Shown: piece after piece, positions 8,480 through 19,633 of the stretch | Numbering within the stretch: the first letter of the stretch is position 1 | Layout of the letters: each line of letters begins with the position of its first letter | The notes under the pieces: model-generated | Told to the model about the DNA's origin: nothing | Database searches by the model: none | Seen by the model: only the letters and a program-made list of their open reading frames with translations | Translations under genes and position numbers: made by a program | Source of the DNA: Verrucomicrobiota bacterium | Lineage (GTDB): Bacteria; Verrucomicrobiota; Verrucomicrobiia; Limisphaerales; CANJXF01 | Reading direction: 5' to 3' | Length of the DNA: 40,819 nt | Assembly: GCA_038214755.1 (NCBI GenBank) | Contig: JBBQRQ010000043.1 | Span: forward strand, 1-40,819

Positions 8480-9184
8480 ATGGAACAACCGCTCCCGTCA
8501 CTCACGCCCGGAACTCTTTATCTGGTGGCGACGCCGATTGGGAATTTGGAGGACATCACCCTGCGTGCGTTGCGGATTTTGAAAGAGTGCGATGTGGTCG
8601 CGGCAGAAGACACGCGGCATTCGGGCCAACTGCTGAAACATTTTGGAATTTCAAAACCGATGTTGAGTTATTTCCAATTCAACGAGGCCAGACGCACCGA
8701 GGAAATTATAGAGCGATTGCGGCGCGGCGAAAAAATCGCGCTCGTCACGGATGCGGGAAGTCCTGGCATCAGCGATCCCGGTGAGCGTGTCGTGAAAGCG
8801 GCTTTGCAAAATGGTTTTCGGGTGGAGGCGATCCCCGGCGCGTGCGCGTTGATCGCCGCACTGACGGCGAGTGGATTGGCGACGGACGAATTTCATTTCA
8901 TTGGATTTCTTCCGCACAAATCCGGTCAACGCCGGAAACAACTTGAAGCGCTCAAAAGTTTTTCCGGCACGCTGATTCTTTACGAGTCTCCCTATCGAAT
9001 CGAAAAAATTTTGACCGAACTGTGCGAAATTTTTCCAGATCGAACGGTCGTGCTGGCGCGCGAACTGACGAAAAAGTTTGAAGAATTCTTGCGGGGAAAG
9101 CCGGATGAACTTTTGGAGCTGCTCAAAACGAAATCGGTCAAAGGTGAGTTTGTCGTTTTGGTGAGCGGTGGAAATCAGCCGTAA
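8480..9184 (+). CDS. rsmI: 16S rRNA C1402 2'-O-methyltransferase
   Basis: LYLVATPIGNLEDITLRA, AAEDTR, DAGSPGISDPG, YESPYR, ARELTKKFEE. Confidence 0.96.
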   Translation: MEQPLPSLTPGTLYLVATPIGNLEDITLRALRILKECDVVAAEDTRHSGQLLKHFGISKPMLSYFQFNEARRTEEIIERLRRGEKIALVTDAGSPGISDPGERVVKAALQNGFRVEAIPGACALIAALTASGLATDEFHFIGFLPHKSGQRRKQLEALKSFSGTLILYESPYRIEKILTELCEIFPDRTVVLARELTKKFEEFLRGKPDELLELLKTKSVKGEFVVLVSGGNQP

Positions 9185-9202
9185 ATTCTGTGGAGAAGGT
9201 TG

Positions 9203-9329
9203 CTCGCCCTAACCCTCTCCCCCGAGGAGAGGGGACCGGAATCATAGGCTCGATCAGTCATTCAGTAGCGAAAATTTTCCAAGGCTGAATAACTTTCTCC
9301 CTCTCCTCGGAGGAGAGGGCCGGGGTGAG
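9203..9329. repeat. inverted palindromic repeat pair (CCCTCTCC...GGAGAGGG family)
   Basis: ctcgccctaaccctctcccccgaggagagggga and tccctctcctcggaggagagggccggggtgag; related single arm at 17541-17575. Confidence 0.8.
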
Positions 9330-9367
9330 GTCGAGCGTTTCTTCGTACTGAATGGTCCCGGCTTAGG

Positions 9368-9468
9368 ATTTCATAGCCGCCGAGGTGAGAAGGTGGAAAT
9401 TCCTCGTTCAAAGGATGTCACCGCAAGCCGGAGGAAATCCGCCTCCTCACTGTCGGCGGCTACGAAAT
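9368..9468. repeat. REP doublet (GTAGCCGCCGA family)
   Basis: atttcatagccgccgaggtgagaaggtgga ... tccgcctcctcactgtcggcggctacgaaat; sister copy at 32531-32605. Confidence 0.8.
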
Positions 9469-9480
9469 TTGAAAAACGAA

Positions 9481-10980
9481 TTACGCCAAAATCTCTTTGA
9501 CGACTTTTCCATGCACGTCGGTCAGCCGGAAACGGCGTCCTTGAAATTTGTAAGTCAGCCGCTCGTGATCGATGCCGAGCAGGTGCAACATGGTCGCGTG
9601 AAAATCGTGAACGTGGACGCCATCCTTCGCGATGTTGTAACCGAATTCATCCGTCTCGCCAAAAACCGTTCCCGCCTTTACTCCGCCGCCGGCCATCCAG
9701 ATTGAAAAGCAGCGCGGATGATGATCACGTCCGTAATCGGTCGCCGTCAGTTTTCCCTGCGAATAATTGGTGCGACCAAACTCGCCGCCCCAAACCACGA
9801 GCGTGTCTTCCAGCATCCCGCGCTGTTTCAAATCCTGGATGAGCGCGGCGGACGCCTGATCGGTTTCGCGGCATTGGGTGCGCATTCCGCCGGGCACATT
9901 GCCGTGATGGTCCCAGCCCTGATGATAAAGCTGAATGAATTTTACGCCGCGTTCAGCGAGCCGCCGGGCTTGCAAACAATTCGCGGCAAACGTCCCCGGC
10001 TTCCGGGAGTCGGCTCCATAAAGTTCGAAAATGTGATCAGGTTCACTCGAAACATCGACCACGTCGGGAACGGAAGTTTGCATCCGAAACGCCATTTCGT
10101 ATTGGCTGATGCGCGAATGGATTTCGGCGTCGCCTAGGTTTTGCTCGGCAGCAATGTGCAATTCGTTCAGTCGATCCAATTGCAAACGTCGCGATGTCGC
10201 GCTGATGCCATCGGGATTGCTCAAGTAGAGAACCGGGTCTTTGCCGGAACGAAATTGCACGCCTTGATAACGCGACGGCAAAAAACCGCTGCCCCACAAA
10301 CGCGCGTAAAGTGGTTGATCGACTTTGCCCGGCGTGATGAGAACGACAAAGGCCGGAAGATTCTCGTTGTCGTTGCCCAGCCCATAACTCAGCCACGCGC
10401 CCATGCTCGGGCGACCGGAAAGTTGCGAGCCGGTTTGCAGAAAAGTAATTGCCGGATCGTGATTGATCGCCTCGGTGAACATTGAGCGCACGATGCATAA
10501 ATCATCGGCAATCTTGGCGGTGTGAGGAAGAAGTTCGCTCATCCATGCGCCGGATTTTCCGTGCTGTTGAAATTTAAAAATCGAACCCGCCATTGGGAGC
10601 GACGACTGGTTGCCGCTCATGCCAGTGAGACGTTGTCCCATGCGAACGGAATCGGGAAGCTGTTGGCCATTGCGCTCGTTGAGCAACGGTTTATAATCGA
10701 AGGTCTCCAATTGCGAAGGGCCGCCCGCCATGAACAAATAAATAACTCGTTTCACTTTCGGCGGAAAATGAGGCGCGCCGAGAATTCCCTGTCCGGGAGA
10801 ACTTGCGAGAGCACGAACGGGATTAATTAAATTCGCGAGCGCAATTCCACCCAAGCCCATACCGAAACGATTGAGGAACGCGCGACGATTCATTCCATTG
10901 AGTGGCATCGGTCCGGTGCAAAGTGGAAGGCGGGATACGGGATCCGAGATGCGGGATTCGGGATGGGGGAAACGGTTCAT
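9481..10980 (-). CDS. DUF1501 family protein (Tat-like N-terminus)
   Basis: [57 protein letters not shown]; the first ~29 aa are partly repeat-derived, so the start may be later. Confidence 0.9.
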   Translation of the reverse strand: MNRFPHPESRISDPVSRLPLCTGPMPLNGMNRRAFLNRFGMGLGGIALANLINPVRALASSPGQGILGAPHFPPKVKRVIYLFMAGGPSQLETFDYKPLLNERNGQQLPDSVRMGQRLTGMSGNQSSLPMAGSIFKFQQHGKSGAWMSELLPHTAKIADDLCIVRSMFTEAINHDPAITFLQTGSQLSGRPSMGAWLSYGLGNDNENLPAFVVLITPGKVDQPLYARLWGSGFLPSRYQGVQFRSGKDPVLYLSNPDGISATSRRLQLDRLNELHIAAEQNLGDAEIHSRISQYEMAFRMQTSVPDVVDVSSEPDHIFELYGADSRKPGTFAANCLQARRLAERGVKFIQLYHQGWDHHGNVPGGMRTQCRETDQASAALIQDLKQRGMLEDTLVVWGGEFGRTNYSQGKLTATDYGRDHHPRCFSIWMAGGGVKAGTVFGETDEFGYNIAKDGVHVHDFHATMLHLLGIDHERLTYKFQGRRFRLTDVHGKVVKEILA

Positions 10981-11384
10981 TTCGGGCTCATGTGTTGTTC
11001 TTCAACTGCTTGAATAAACCTATTCAATTTTCCACCGAGTCGATTAAGCAAATCCATCAATCGAAGATACAAAGTCTCGTCCTGCAATGATTGGCAGTCT
11101 TTCAGCGTCTCGATGTGATCAATGGTTTCGTCGCAAGAAGCGTGGGCGAAAACCAAAAAACGAATGTATTCCTGTTTATATCGTCGTCGTCCGAAACCTT
11201 CCACGATGTTTGATCTGATAGACTTCACGGAGCGCCGCACCTGGCTTCCTGTCTCGAACATCTCGAATTTCGGCAGCGCAGTGAGCGTCATGGCGTGAAC
11301 CTCCTTCGTGGCCTCTCGAGCCAGTTTCCAAATTTCTAAATCTCGGTATGTCATATCTCGAATCTCGAATCCCGCATCTCGAAT
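10931..11384. repeat. inverted heptamer arrays flanking the four-helix-bundle gene
   Basis: CGGGATN-like array 10931-10964 and complementary array 11355-11384; perfect 16-bp IR CGAGATGCGGGATTCG at 10945-10960 and 11366-11381. Confidence 0.88.
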
Positions 11385-11387
11385 CAT
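10977..11387 (-). CDS. four helix bundle protein (23S rRNA IVP / S23 / bAvd-like family)
   Basis: [10 protein letters not shown]...[51 protein letters not shown]; alternative start at 11354. Confidence 0.92.
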   Translation of the reverse strand: MIRDAGFEIRDMTYRDLEIWKLAREATKEVHAMTLTALPKFEMFETGSQVRRSVKSIRSNIVEGFGRRRYKQEYIRFLVFAHASCDETIDHIETLKDCQSLQDETLYLRLMDLLNRLGGKLNRFIQAVEEQHMSPK

Positions 11388-14300
11388 CTCTCCATCACAA
11401 ACTCGTCATGGTTCATCAACGTGTTTATCAGAACGGTCATGGCGGCAACTTCATCTTCCGGAAGTTTTGTGTCGCGCGAATGTTCGCCGGTCGCCAGATA
11501 TTTTTTGGCCGCTTCCCCATCCGTCGTGAAAATTTCCAATTGCTCCTGATAAAGTTGGCGGAGAATTTCTCGTTCGCGCGCTTGCGGAATTCGGCCAATC
11601 ACCAGACGGAAAACGTTTTCGATGCAGCTATTAAGGTCGTCCGTTTTTTCCCGCAGAATTTTTTCGGCCAGCACCCGGCCAGCCTCGATAAATTGCGGAT
11701 CGTTCAACAGCACCAACGCTTGCAGCGGTGTCGTGGTTGGCTCGCGCCTCGCCGTGCAAACTTCGCGAGACATCGCATCGAACGTCAGCATCGACGGCGG
11801 GGGCGCGGTGCGCCGCCAAAAAGTATAAAGGCTGCGCCGATAAAGTTTCTCGCCTTTGTCCTGCGCGTAGGTCTTGCCGGTGCCGGATTGCTCCCAAAGT
11901 CCAGCGGGCTGATATGGCTTCACACTCGGTCCGCCGATTTTCGGCGAAAGCAATCCGCTCGTGGCCAGCGCCGCATCGCGAATTTCTTCGGCTTGCAAAC
12001 GATGTTTCGGCCCGCGCGCGAGCAAACGGTTGTCGGGATCAGCGGCGACTAATTCCGGCGGCGCAACCGATGACTGCCGATACGTGGCTGACGTGACGAT
12101 CAGTTCATGCAATTTTTTTACGTTCCAACCGCTCTCGACAAAATTTTTCGCCAGCCAATCGAGAAGTTCCGGATGCGTCGGCAATTGTCCCTGGCTGCCG
12201 AAATCTTCCGGCGTCGCCACCAGCCCGCGACCGAAGTGCATTTTCCAAATCCGGTTTACCACCACCCGCGCAGTGAGCGGATTGCGCGGATCAACCAACC
12301 ATCGTGCGAGGCCCAGCCGATTTTTCGGATACTTTTTTGGAAAAGGAAAAATGCCTTCCGGCGTTCCGGATTCGACCGCGTCACCCGGCGCATCGTAAGC
12401 GCCGCGTTTCAAGACGAAGGTGGGACGGTGCGCCGTCATTTCTTTCATCACCATGATCTCGCGGATGTCATTGACGAAATTGTTTTCTGCGTCGCGCAGT
12501 TTTTTCAATTCGGCCAGCCCGTTTTGATATTCGGGATCAACGCGATTGAGAAAAAGCGAGAAGAGATCTTTGTTTTCATTCGGTGGGGCGAGGCTCCGCC
12601 GAGCCTTGTCCGTCGCGGCAGGCGACGCGAGTGAAACAAACCTCTTATTCGTCTGTGAATGGATACTTGCTCTGCTCCCCTGGCTTCGCTCGAAATTTTG
12701 CTCGACGGAGTCTCGCCCTACCACTTCTTGCCCCACTACTTTTTTGAAATGTGCTTTCACCTCAAAGCCCGTCAAACAGCGATCAAAAACCTCGAACTCA
12801 TCGATCAATCCATTTTTGAATCCGGAATCGCGGAAACGGGCCGCGAGTGTGAGCGGAATATTTCCAACATCCGCGTCGCCCCACTCGGAGCGATACAAAA
12901 TATCTTTAAATAAATTGTCGCGGATAATTTCGATCTCGGCTATTTGGCCATTGAGAAAAATTTTCAAACCCGCCGCGCGGCTCGAGCCATCGTAAGTAAT
13001 CGCAAGATGCGTCCATTCATTTTGCGGAAGCGATTCCTTCGCACGAATCGAAATCGCGTTTCCCGGCCAGAAATGAATCAGGGCAAAATTTGGTTTTGCA
13101 TCTTCCAAAATTAACTGGTAGCCACGGCTGCCGGCGTCTGTCCAGGAACGCGAATGATGAAAGATCACGGCGCGTTTTTGTTTCTCGGTGGGCTTGAGCC
13201 AGAGCGCAAATGAAAACGGATCAGTGCGTTTGAAATCGCCGATGCCTTTGCTAACGACGGAATTTTCGCCATCAAATTTCAAAGCGTTGCCGATACGACC
13301 TTCGACTTGTTTCGGATTTTCAACGAGTGACGCTTGAATCTTTCCATACACATCCGGCGTCTTGCCGTCCGCGATTTGCTCAAAAGAAAAGTGAGCGACA
13401 GGATGATCGGTATATTGGAGGAGACCTGTCGGAAGCGAATTATCGTGGGTAGCATCTGCCTCCGGCGGGTGCGTGAAGACAGTCTTCGTTTTCTTAAGAC
13501 CCGAAGCGATTTCGCACCCGCCGGAGGCAGATGCTACCCGGAGTTTGTCTTCCCATCGCGCGAAATTTTCTTTCGCCGACTTTTCGACGCGCTTCAATTT
13601 CATTTCCTGTTCGGAAATTTGCTTTTTCAGCGCCGCGTGTTTTTCCTTCTCCCCATTTTTGTAGAGCAAAAGAGTCGGCGAAGGCGTGGCGTGAGTGAAG
13701 TGCGAGTAAAGTCCCGACTCGTCGATGTTGTTGAAGAAGGCGGAGAGCCGATAATAATCCTTCTGTTTGATCGGGTCGTATTTGTGATCGTGACAGCGCG
13801 CGCATTCGAGGGTCAGACCGAGAAACGCCGTGCCGAAAGTGTGAACGCGATCCGAAACATATTCATTGCGAAATTCTTCTTCGATGCTCCCGCCTTCGTT
13901 CGTCTGGCGATGCAAGCGGTTAAAAGCGGTCGCCAAAATTTGTTCATCCGTTGCGTCCGGAAATAAATCCCCGGCGATTTGCCAGAGGATAAATTTATTG
14001 TAGGAAAGATTTTTGTTGAATGCGCCAATCACCCAATCGCGCCAGGCCGACATATCGCGGTCCACGTCGGATTGATAACCGTACGTGTCGGCGTAACGGG
14101 CGAGGTCGAGCCAATCATTGGCCATGTGTTCGCCGTAAGCGGTCGATGCGAGAAATTGTTCCACCAATTTTTTGTAGGCATGGGGCGAAGTGTCTTTGAG
14201 AAAATCGTCAACCTGTTTGAGCGATGGCGGCAAGCCGGTCAAATCAAACGCTAGTCGGCGAATCAAAGTTTCTTTAGTGGCTTGGGGAACGGGCTGAAGG

Positions 14301-14953
14301 TTTTCTCTCTGCAATCGCGCGAGCACAAATCGATCAATGGAATTTTGCGCCCAATCATTTTTTATTTTCGGCACGGAAATTTTCTTCGGCGCGAGAAAGG
14401 CCCAATGCGTTTTGTATTCTGCGCCTTCCTCAATCCATTTGCGAATCAGCGCGATTTCCTCTGAACTTATCTTTAAATTGCTATCAGGCGGGGGCATTTG
14501 TTCATCAGGATCGACGGAAAGGAGGCGGCGAACGAGTTCGCTCTTTTCCGGTTTGCCCGGGACGATGGCGCGGAGTTCCGATTTTTTACCACGAGCGGCG
14601 AGCGCGCCTTCCGCCGTGTCCAACCGCATATCCGCTTTGCGCGTTTTCGGGTCGGGCCCGTGACATTTGAAACAGCGGTCCGAAAGAATCGGGCGAATTT
14701 GAAAATTGAAATCGACTCTCTCAGACGCTGGACGTTCCGTCGCTTTGGCAGCAAGGCTGGTGATGCCTAAAATAATTAAAGCTCTGTAGAGCACGATGGA
14801 GTTTAACCCCACACTTGAGCGGCGAAAAATGAAAATGTTGAAACGACCGCTCTTCTCAAACCTGGTTGCAATGCGGCGGCCCGTCTCAGGGCGTGGGAAC
14901 CCAGCCTCTTCCTGGAATGTATTCGCGGCTGCCGGAATTGGATTTGCAGCCAC
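11384..14953 (-). CDS. planctomycete cytochrome c / DUF1549 / LamG / DUF1553 multidomain protein
   Basis: [14 protein letters not shown] (CxxCH), [21 protein letters not shown], LamG-like [33 protein letters not shown]; true start probably nearer 14794. Confidence 0.9.
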   Translation of the reverse strand: MAANPIPAAANTFQEEAGFPRPETGRRIATRFEKSGRFNIFIFRRSSVGLNSIVLYRALIILGITSLAAKATERPASERVDFNFQIRPILSDRCFKCHGPDPKTRKADMRLDTAEGALAARGKKSELRAIVPGKPEKSELVRRLLSVDPDEQMPPPDSNLKISSEEIALIRKWIEEGAEYKTHWAFLAPKKISVPKIKNDWAQNSIDRFVLARLQRENLQPVPQATKETLIRRLAFDLTGLPPSLKQVDDFLKDTSPHAYKKLVEQFLASTAYGEHMANDWLDLARYADTYGYQSDVDRDMSAWRDWVIGAFNKNLSYNKFILWQIAGDLFPDATDEQILATAFNRLHRQTNEGGSIEEEFRNEYVSDRVHTFGTAFLGLTLECARCHDHKYDPIKQKDYYRLSAFFNNIDESGLYSHFTHATPSPTLLLYKNGEKEKHAALKKQISEQEMKLKRVEKSAKENFARWEDKLRVASASGGCEIASGLKKTKTVFTHPPEADATHDNSLPTGLLQYTDHPVAHFSFEQIADGKTPDVYGKIQASLVENPKQVEGRIGNALKFDGENSVVSKGIGDFKRTDPFSFALWLKPTEKQKRAVIFHHSRSWTDAGSRGYQLILEDAKPNFALIHFWPGNAISIRAKESLPQNEWTHLAITYDGSSRAAGLKIFLNGQIAEIEIIRDNLFKDILYRSEWGDADVGNIPLTLAARFRDSGFKNGLIDEFEVFDRCLTGFEVKAHFKKVVGQEVVGRDSVEQNFERSQGSRASIHSQTNKRFVSLASPAATDKARRSLAPPNENKDLFSLFLNRVDPEYQNGLAELKKLRDAENNFVNDIREIMVMKEMTAHRPTFVLKRGAYDAPGDAVESGTPEGIFPFPKKYPKNRLGLARWLVDPRNPLTARVVVNRIWKMHFGRGLVATPEDFGSQGQLPTHPELLDWLAKNFVESGWNVKKLHELIVTSATYRQSSVAPPELVAADPDNRLLARGPKHRLQAEEIRDAALATSGLLSPKIGGPSVKPYQPAGLWEQSGTGKTYAQDKGEKLYRRSLYTFWRRTAPPPSMLTFDAMSREVCTARREPTTTPLQALVLLNDPQFIEAGRVLAEKILREKTDDLNSCIENVFRLVIGRIPQAREREILRQLYQEQLEIFTTDGEAAKKYLATGEHSRDTKLPEDEVAAMTVLINTLMNHDEFVMER
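12582..12722. repeat. REP doublet (family B) in-frame inside the DUF1553 gene
   Basis: GGTGGGGCGAGGCTCCGCCGAGC ... GCTCGACGGAGTCTCGCCCTACC, 141 bp; largely intergenic sister at 33079-33165. Confidence 0.88.
13447..13539. repeat. REP doublet (family A) in-frame inside the DUF1553 gene
   Basis: GGGTAGCATCTGCCTCCGGCGGGTGCG ... CGCACCCGCCGGAGGCAGATGCTACCC, 93 bp; arms identical to the intergenic copy at 3705-3874. Confidence 0.92.
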
Positions 14954-15064
14954 TCCATAAAGTCGTGCCCAAAAGGGCGACCAGCGCCAGAAGATAAATT
15001 TTTTTCATCTTTCAATCTATTCCGATTTGTCATGTCGGCAACCTTGTTGCAAACTAATCGGCAG

Positions 15065-15625
15065 ATGGCTGAGATTCCAAAGTATCTCAAGGGGCAACTC
15101 CTGCTGGACGGCGGGAAACTCAACGGATCGTTTTTCCATCGCACGGTTGTCTTAATCTGCGAACACAATTCCGAAGGCGCGCTGGGACTTATCCTCAATC
15201 GCTCCAGTGGAAATAAAGTTGGGGAAATGATCGTGGCGGATTTGTCCGAAACTTTGAAAGAACAATTGCTGTATCTGGGCGGCCCGGTGCAACCGGCAGC
15301 GCTCAGTTTTTTGCACAGTGAGGATTTCCTTCCTGACGCCAACGTGTTGCCGAATTTGAGCGTGAGCCATTCACTGGAAGATCTCGTCGATCTGGGTGAA
15401 TCGTTTTCCAGCAGCCAAAAGGTAAAAATTTTTGCGGGTTATTCGGGATGGACTTCGGGCCAGCTTGAGGAGGAGATGGAACGAGGGGCGTGGCTAACTT
15501 ATCCCGCGTCGCTCGATCTGATTTTCAAAACGGAGCCAGGTGAACTTTGGAAAAATATTCTGGATAAAAAAGGTTGGGAGTTTCGCCTGACGGCGCAAAG
15601 CCCGGAGGATTTGTCGTGGAATTGA
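15065..15625 (+). CDS. YqgE/AlgH (UPF0301) family protein
   Basis: FHRTVVLICEHNSEGALGLILNR, YLGGPV, FAGYSGWTSGQLEEE...W. Confidence 0.93.
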   Translation: MAEIPKYLKGQLLLDGGKLNGSFFHRTVVLICEHNSEGALGLILNRSSGNKVGEMIVADLSETLKEQLLYLGGPVQPAALSFLHSEDFLPDANVLPNLSVSHSLEDLVDLGESFSSSQKVKIFAGYSGWTSGQLEEEMERGAWLTYPASLDLIFKTEPGELWKNILDKKGWEFRLTAQSPEDLSWN

Positions 15626-15745
15626 GGGCGAGCGATATCAACGCAACGACGCCAGGAAACAAAGACGCCAAGGTCAGGACTGACAACTTTGCGCCGAACT
15701 GGATTTGAACTCGTCGAAAGGTTTTCCAGCCCTTGCCTCTTCGCG

Positions 15746-16621
15746 TTAAGCCGATTTCCGCAAAGATTTCAGCGCCAGCCACCACGTGAAAATTGTGATG
15801 GCCGCTAAGAGAATCACGCAGAATAAGTTTGTCGTTCTTCCTCGAAACATCCTCGGCGCGAAATGCAAAATGAAACCGAGAATTGCGCCAAAGAAAAATC
15901 CGCCGACATGCGCGATGATGTCGGTTCCCTCCGAAAACCCCATCAACACCAAAACAAGAAAGGCTGCTGCTGCTCCGCGCCGAATTAAATAAGTGCCGCG
16001 CGTCTGTTTCCACGCCGCGATCCCTTCCACGCCCAGCAAGCCAAGCGCGCCCATGATCATTCCAGACGCGCCCAAGCCCCGATGCGGATCGGGATAAAAA
16101 ATGTATCCGGCAAAATTTCCACCTGCTCCTGCGACATACGCAGCGAGCAACGCCACGCCCGCTCCGTAACGCGCCATTGCCATTCCAAAAAGTAAAAATC
16201 CCGTCGTGACATTGGCGATGAGGTGGGCCGCATCGGCGTGGAGGGTGACCGCCGTAAACAATCTCCACCATTCTCCTGCGGAGACCGCATTATTGTCATT
16301 TATTCCCAGAGTCCTGAGCGAAGAGTTGGGGGCCTCGCTCAAAATGAAAAATGCCACGAACAAAAGACAGGGACCGATTCCGCCCCAATGAAAAATCAAA
16401 CCAGTGCCGGGAAACTTTTGCCGCCAGTTCCAGCCGCGATTCTCGCGTTGATACAAATCGATTGCGGCGAGAGCGCGCTGGTAATCACTTTCCGCGACCA
16501 GCAATCTCCAGCTTGCTTCATGGGTAATTTCCGTTTCGATTTCCTGACTGGCGAGGACCAGGCTCCAATCCATCACTTGCCGTTTGGTGCGAGCGGGGAT
16601 TTCCCTGAGCAATGGTTCCAT
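15746..16621 (-). CDS. rhomboid family intramembrane serine protease
   Basis: GEWWRLFTAVTLHADAAHLIAN, GASG catalytic Ser, AHVGG catalytic His; start uncertain. Confidence 0.92.
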   Translation of the reverse strand: MEPLLREIPARTKRQVMDWSLVLASQEIETEITHEASWRLLVAESDYQRALAAIDLYQRENRGWNWRQKFPGTGLIFHWGGIGPCLLFVAFFILSEAPNSSLRTLGINDNNAVSAGEWWRLFTAVTLHADAAHLIANVTTGFLLFGMAMARYGAGVALLAAYVAGAGGNFAGYIFYPDPHRGLGASGMIMGALGLLGVEGIAAWKQTRGTYLIRRGAAAAFLVLVLMGFSEGTDIIAHVGGFFFGAILGFILHFAPRMFRGRTTNLFCVILLAAITIFTWWLALKSLRKSA

Positions 16622-16788
16622 GTTGTCCGAATTTATTTCGCTGTTATCTTTTGGCGTCCGGCAGTGATACCAGACTATGTCTTTAGCGAACATAGATAAC
16701 GGCAGTGAGTTCTCCGGCCCTTTTGCTCTCCAAATTTCTTCTCCACGGGCGGCACGGGATTTGCAGCGTTTTTTCGATTGCAACTACT

Positions 16789-17502
16789 ATGAAAATGATC
16801 CGACCTAATTGCAGGATTCAATTCACGGCGGAAGATATTGTGTTTATTACTCGCGTTTTAGGAGTGAAAACGAACAGTTCCGAGTCATTGGTTATGCTGT
16901 TGACTGAGCCGGAGACGCGCGACTTGATTCTTGATGACGAGGGGCTGTTTCGCGCATTGCTCGAAGAAACGGGCTGCCTGCGAGTGTCCGATCATTTTTA
17001 TTTTTACGTTCTGGTCCGTCACGTTTTGCGCGACGCCAGAATTGAAGACCGATCCGTCGCGGATTACGTCGCGGAAATTCTGACCGAATACTCTCGCAGC
17101 GGACAAAGTCTTTGCGTCATTCCGGGGCAAACCAATCCGCTCGATTATTTTTTTGAGATGCTGGGCGCGCTCCGCACGGCGGACGAGCGAACCAGTTTTT
17201 TGCTTCGCGCGCACATTGGCAATCATTCTCTCTTTCTTTCCGGCGTGTTTCCGGAGCGAATCCGTTTTCGCTCCGAGTCAAAAGGCTTTCCAGATTTGAA
17301 ATATTATCAGGAAGTGGGGAGAGCGAATTTCAAGGTGGCCAGTAATCATCGCCTCGCGCGGAAGTACGAACTCGCGCCAATTTTTTCTTTGCTGTCGGAA
17401 AATTTCGAGTCGGCGCGACGTGCTTTAAATGATTTGGCCGAACGCATTTTTTCGCTCGGAGATAACGACCGTTTCGTCCAGGCGCTCTTGCGGCAAAATT
17501 GA
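16789..17502 (+). CDS. conserved hypothetical protein
   Basis: 237-aa ORF with natural composition (FYFYVLVRHVL, HIGNHSLFLSGVFPE); function not recognised. Confidence 0.75.
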   Translation: MKMIRPNCRIQFTAEDIVFITRVLGVKTNSSESLVMLLTEPETRDLILDDEGLFRALLEETGCLRVSDHFYFYVLVRHVLRDARIEDRSVADYVAEILTEYSRSGQSLCVIPGQTNPLDYFFEMLGALRTADERTSFLLRAHIGNHSLFLSGVFPERIRFRSESKGFPDLKYYQEVGRANFKVASNHRLARKYELAPIFSLLSENFESARRALNDLAERIFSLGDNDRFVQALLRQN

Positions 17503-17760
17503 GATTCGCGGCCGTCCTATTCAGTAAAGAAGATTGTTCGCCCTCACCCTAAACCCTCTCCCCCGAGGAGAGGGAAAAGCCATCGGTGCTTGGCGGACAA
17601 CCCGCGACCAATTTGGAGTAAAGACCGAAGGCGGCCAAAAACTGGGAGAAGAAAACCAACTGGCCCAGCGGGGTGACCGGGGGCAGAGGATCCCATTCCA
17701 CACGCCGGTGGCGAGCGCGTTGGTGAAAGGCTCAAGGATGTCTCAACCGATAAGAATGAA

Positions 17761-17980
17761 TTGGCTCCTCGACGTTTTCAGTGGAATGACCTGCATTATT
17801 GTTCGCTGCTATTACTTGGTGACGCGGGCAAAAGCGGTGGAGGGCCACCGCACTCCAAGACGCTATCGCGCTGTTTAGGCCTCCTCGAAATTCGCGTGAG
17901 CGTCTTGGAGTGCGGTGGCCCTCCACCGCTTTCAGGGGGGACAACCGACTCCTATTCCACTGAAAATGTCGAAGATCCAA
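17761..17980. repeat. nested inverted repeat: imperfect 27-bp outer IR around a perfect 34-bp REP doublet
   Basis: outer ttggctcctcgacgttttcagtggaat / attccactgaaaatgtcgaagatccaa; inner AAAGCGGTGGAGGGCCACCGCACTCCAAGACGCT at 17831-17864 with complement at 17899-17932. Confidence 0.85.
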
Positions 17981-18177
17981 CTGCTGTGATGAACGGCAAG
18001 GGCGGACTCCCCTTGGCTTTATTGGCGCGACGAATGATATCGTTTGGGTGGGGCAACGCTTCACTCAAAAGAAATAGCTACGGTCAACGACGTATTTCCA
18101 ACGAGAGGCCATGACCTCTCTTCTGTGGGAGTTAAGTCGCATGCCCAAGTCTGCTCGAGGCCGAACCAGGAAATTAT

Positions 18178-19629
18178 TCAAGCCGCCGCCGTTTTTGCCG
18201 CGGCCAAATCATCACGACGTTGCGCCATTGATTTGAAAAATTCGTAACCTTCGCGCAAACGCCGAACGCAAACGTCTTTGTCTTCCAGCATGGTCTTGAC
18301 GATGCGGAGAATTGGTTTCGGACGCAGATAGTAGCGGCGATAAAATTTTTCCACCGACTCGAAAATTTCTTCCTTGCTGAGTCCAGGATATTCCAGCGCG
18401 CTTTGTTGGAAGCCATCGTTATGGACGATGTCGCTTTTGTCTTTCTTGGCGAACCAACCATTTTGCCGGGCCATTTCGTAAAGCTCCGTTCCGGGATAAG
18501 GCGCGGCGAGAGAAACTTGAATGCTGAATACGTCGAGGTCCATCGCGTACCGCACGGTTTGTTCAATGGTCTCTTTGGTTTCAACGGGCAAACCGAGAAT
18601 GAATGTGCCGTGAATGATCACGCCAAGTTCTTTGCAGGCTTTGGTGAATTGCTTGGCCTCCTCGAGATTGATTCCCTTTTTGATGCGATTGAGAATGTCT
18701 TGATTTCCCGATTCGTAGCCGACGAGGAACAAGCGCAAGCCGCAATCTTTCATCAGCTTGATCGTTTCGTAATTTACATTCGCGCGGCTGTTACAACTCC
18801 AGGTCATGCCGAGCGGTTTCAACTTTTGCGCGATCTCTCGCGCGCGCGGCAAATTCGCGGTAAACGTGTCGTCGTCGAAGAAAAATTCTTCCACTTGTGG
18901 AAAAAGTTTTTTCGCGTGAGCCATTTCCGCAGCCACGTTGTCGGCCGAACGAACGCGATATTTATGTCCGCCAATCGTCTGGGGCCACAAACAGAAACTG
19001 CATTGCGCCGGGCAACCGCGACCGGTGTAGAGCGAGAGATAGGGATCTTTGAGGTAGCCGATGGAATATTTCTCGATGGTCAAATCGCGTTTATAGACAT
19101 CGCTCACCCACGGCAAGACATCCATGTCTTGAATCAAAGCGCGCTCTTTGTTGTGCACGATTTTTCCATCTTTCCAAAATGAAAGTCCATCCACTTCCGC
19201 GAGCGGTTTTCCATCCGCCACTTCTTTGCAGGTGAAATCGAATTCTTTGCGACCAACCCAATCAATTGACGGTGAAGCTTTGAGAGTTTCCGTCGGCATC
19301 ACTGCGGCATGCGCGCCGACGAAACCAATCGTCGTGGCGGGCTTCTGCGATTTGATGGCCTCGGCGACTTTGCAATCGTTTTTCAACGAAGGCGTGGAGG
19401 TGTTGATGATGACGTGATCAAAATTTTTCGCTTCGGCCAAACAGGTTTTGACGTCGATGTCGTGCGGCGGGCAATCCATCAATTTGCTGTTGGGCACGAG
19501 CGCGGCCGGTTGCGCGAGCCACGTCGGATACCAGAACGAGCGAATCTCGCGCTTGGCCTGATAGCGCGCGCCCGCCCCGCCGTCGAAACCGTCGAAACTT
19601 GGAGGTGAAAGAAAAAGTGTTTTGCTCAT
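18178..19629 (-). CDS. hpnJ: hopanoid biosynthesis-associated radical SAM protein
   Basis: TLFLSPPSFDGFDGGAGARYQAKREIRSFWYPTWLAQPAALVP; GRGCPAQCSFCLWPQT (CxxxCxxC). Confidence 0.93.
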   Translation of the reverse strand: MSKTLFLSPPSFDGFDGGAGARYQAKREIRSFWYPTWLAQPAALVPNSKLMDCPPHDIDVKTCLAEAKNFDHVIINTSTPSLKNDCKVAEAIKSQKPATTIGFVGAHAAVMPTETLKASPSIDWVGRKEFDFTCKEVADGKPLAEVDGLSFWKDGKIVHNKERALIQDMDVLPWVSDVYKRDLTIEKYSIGYLKDPYLSLYTGRGCPAQCSFCLWPQTIGGHKYRVRSADNVAAEMAHAKKLFPQVEEFFFDDDTFTANLPRAREIAQKLKPLGMTWSCNSRANVNYETIKLMKDCGLRLFLVGYESGNQDILNRIKKGINLEEAKQFTKACKELGVIIHGTFILGLPVETKETIEQTVRYAMDLDVFSIQVSLAAPYPGTELYEMARQNGWFAKKDKSDIVHNDGFQQSALEYPGLSKEEIFESVEKFYRRYYLRPKPILRIVKTMLEDKDVCVRRLREGYEFFKSMAQRRDDLAAAKTAAA

Positions 19630-19633
19630 AAAT

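Noticed and set aside
10977..11387. Diversity-generating retroelement suggested by the bAvd-like gene
   Set aside because: No reverse transcriptase and no TR/VR repeat pair seen in the window
17521..18114. Several short ORFs between the hypothetical gene and hpnJ
   Set aside because: Largely translations of palindromic repeats; no family recognised in the unique parts
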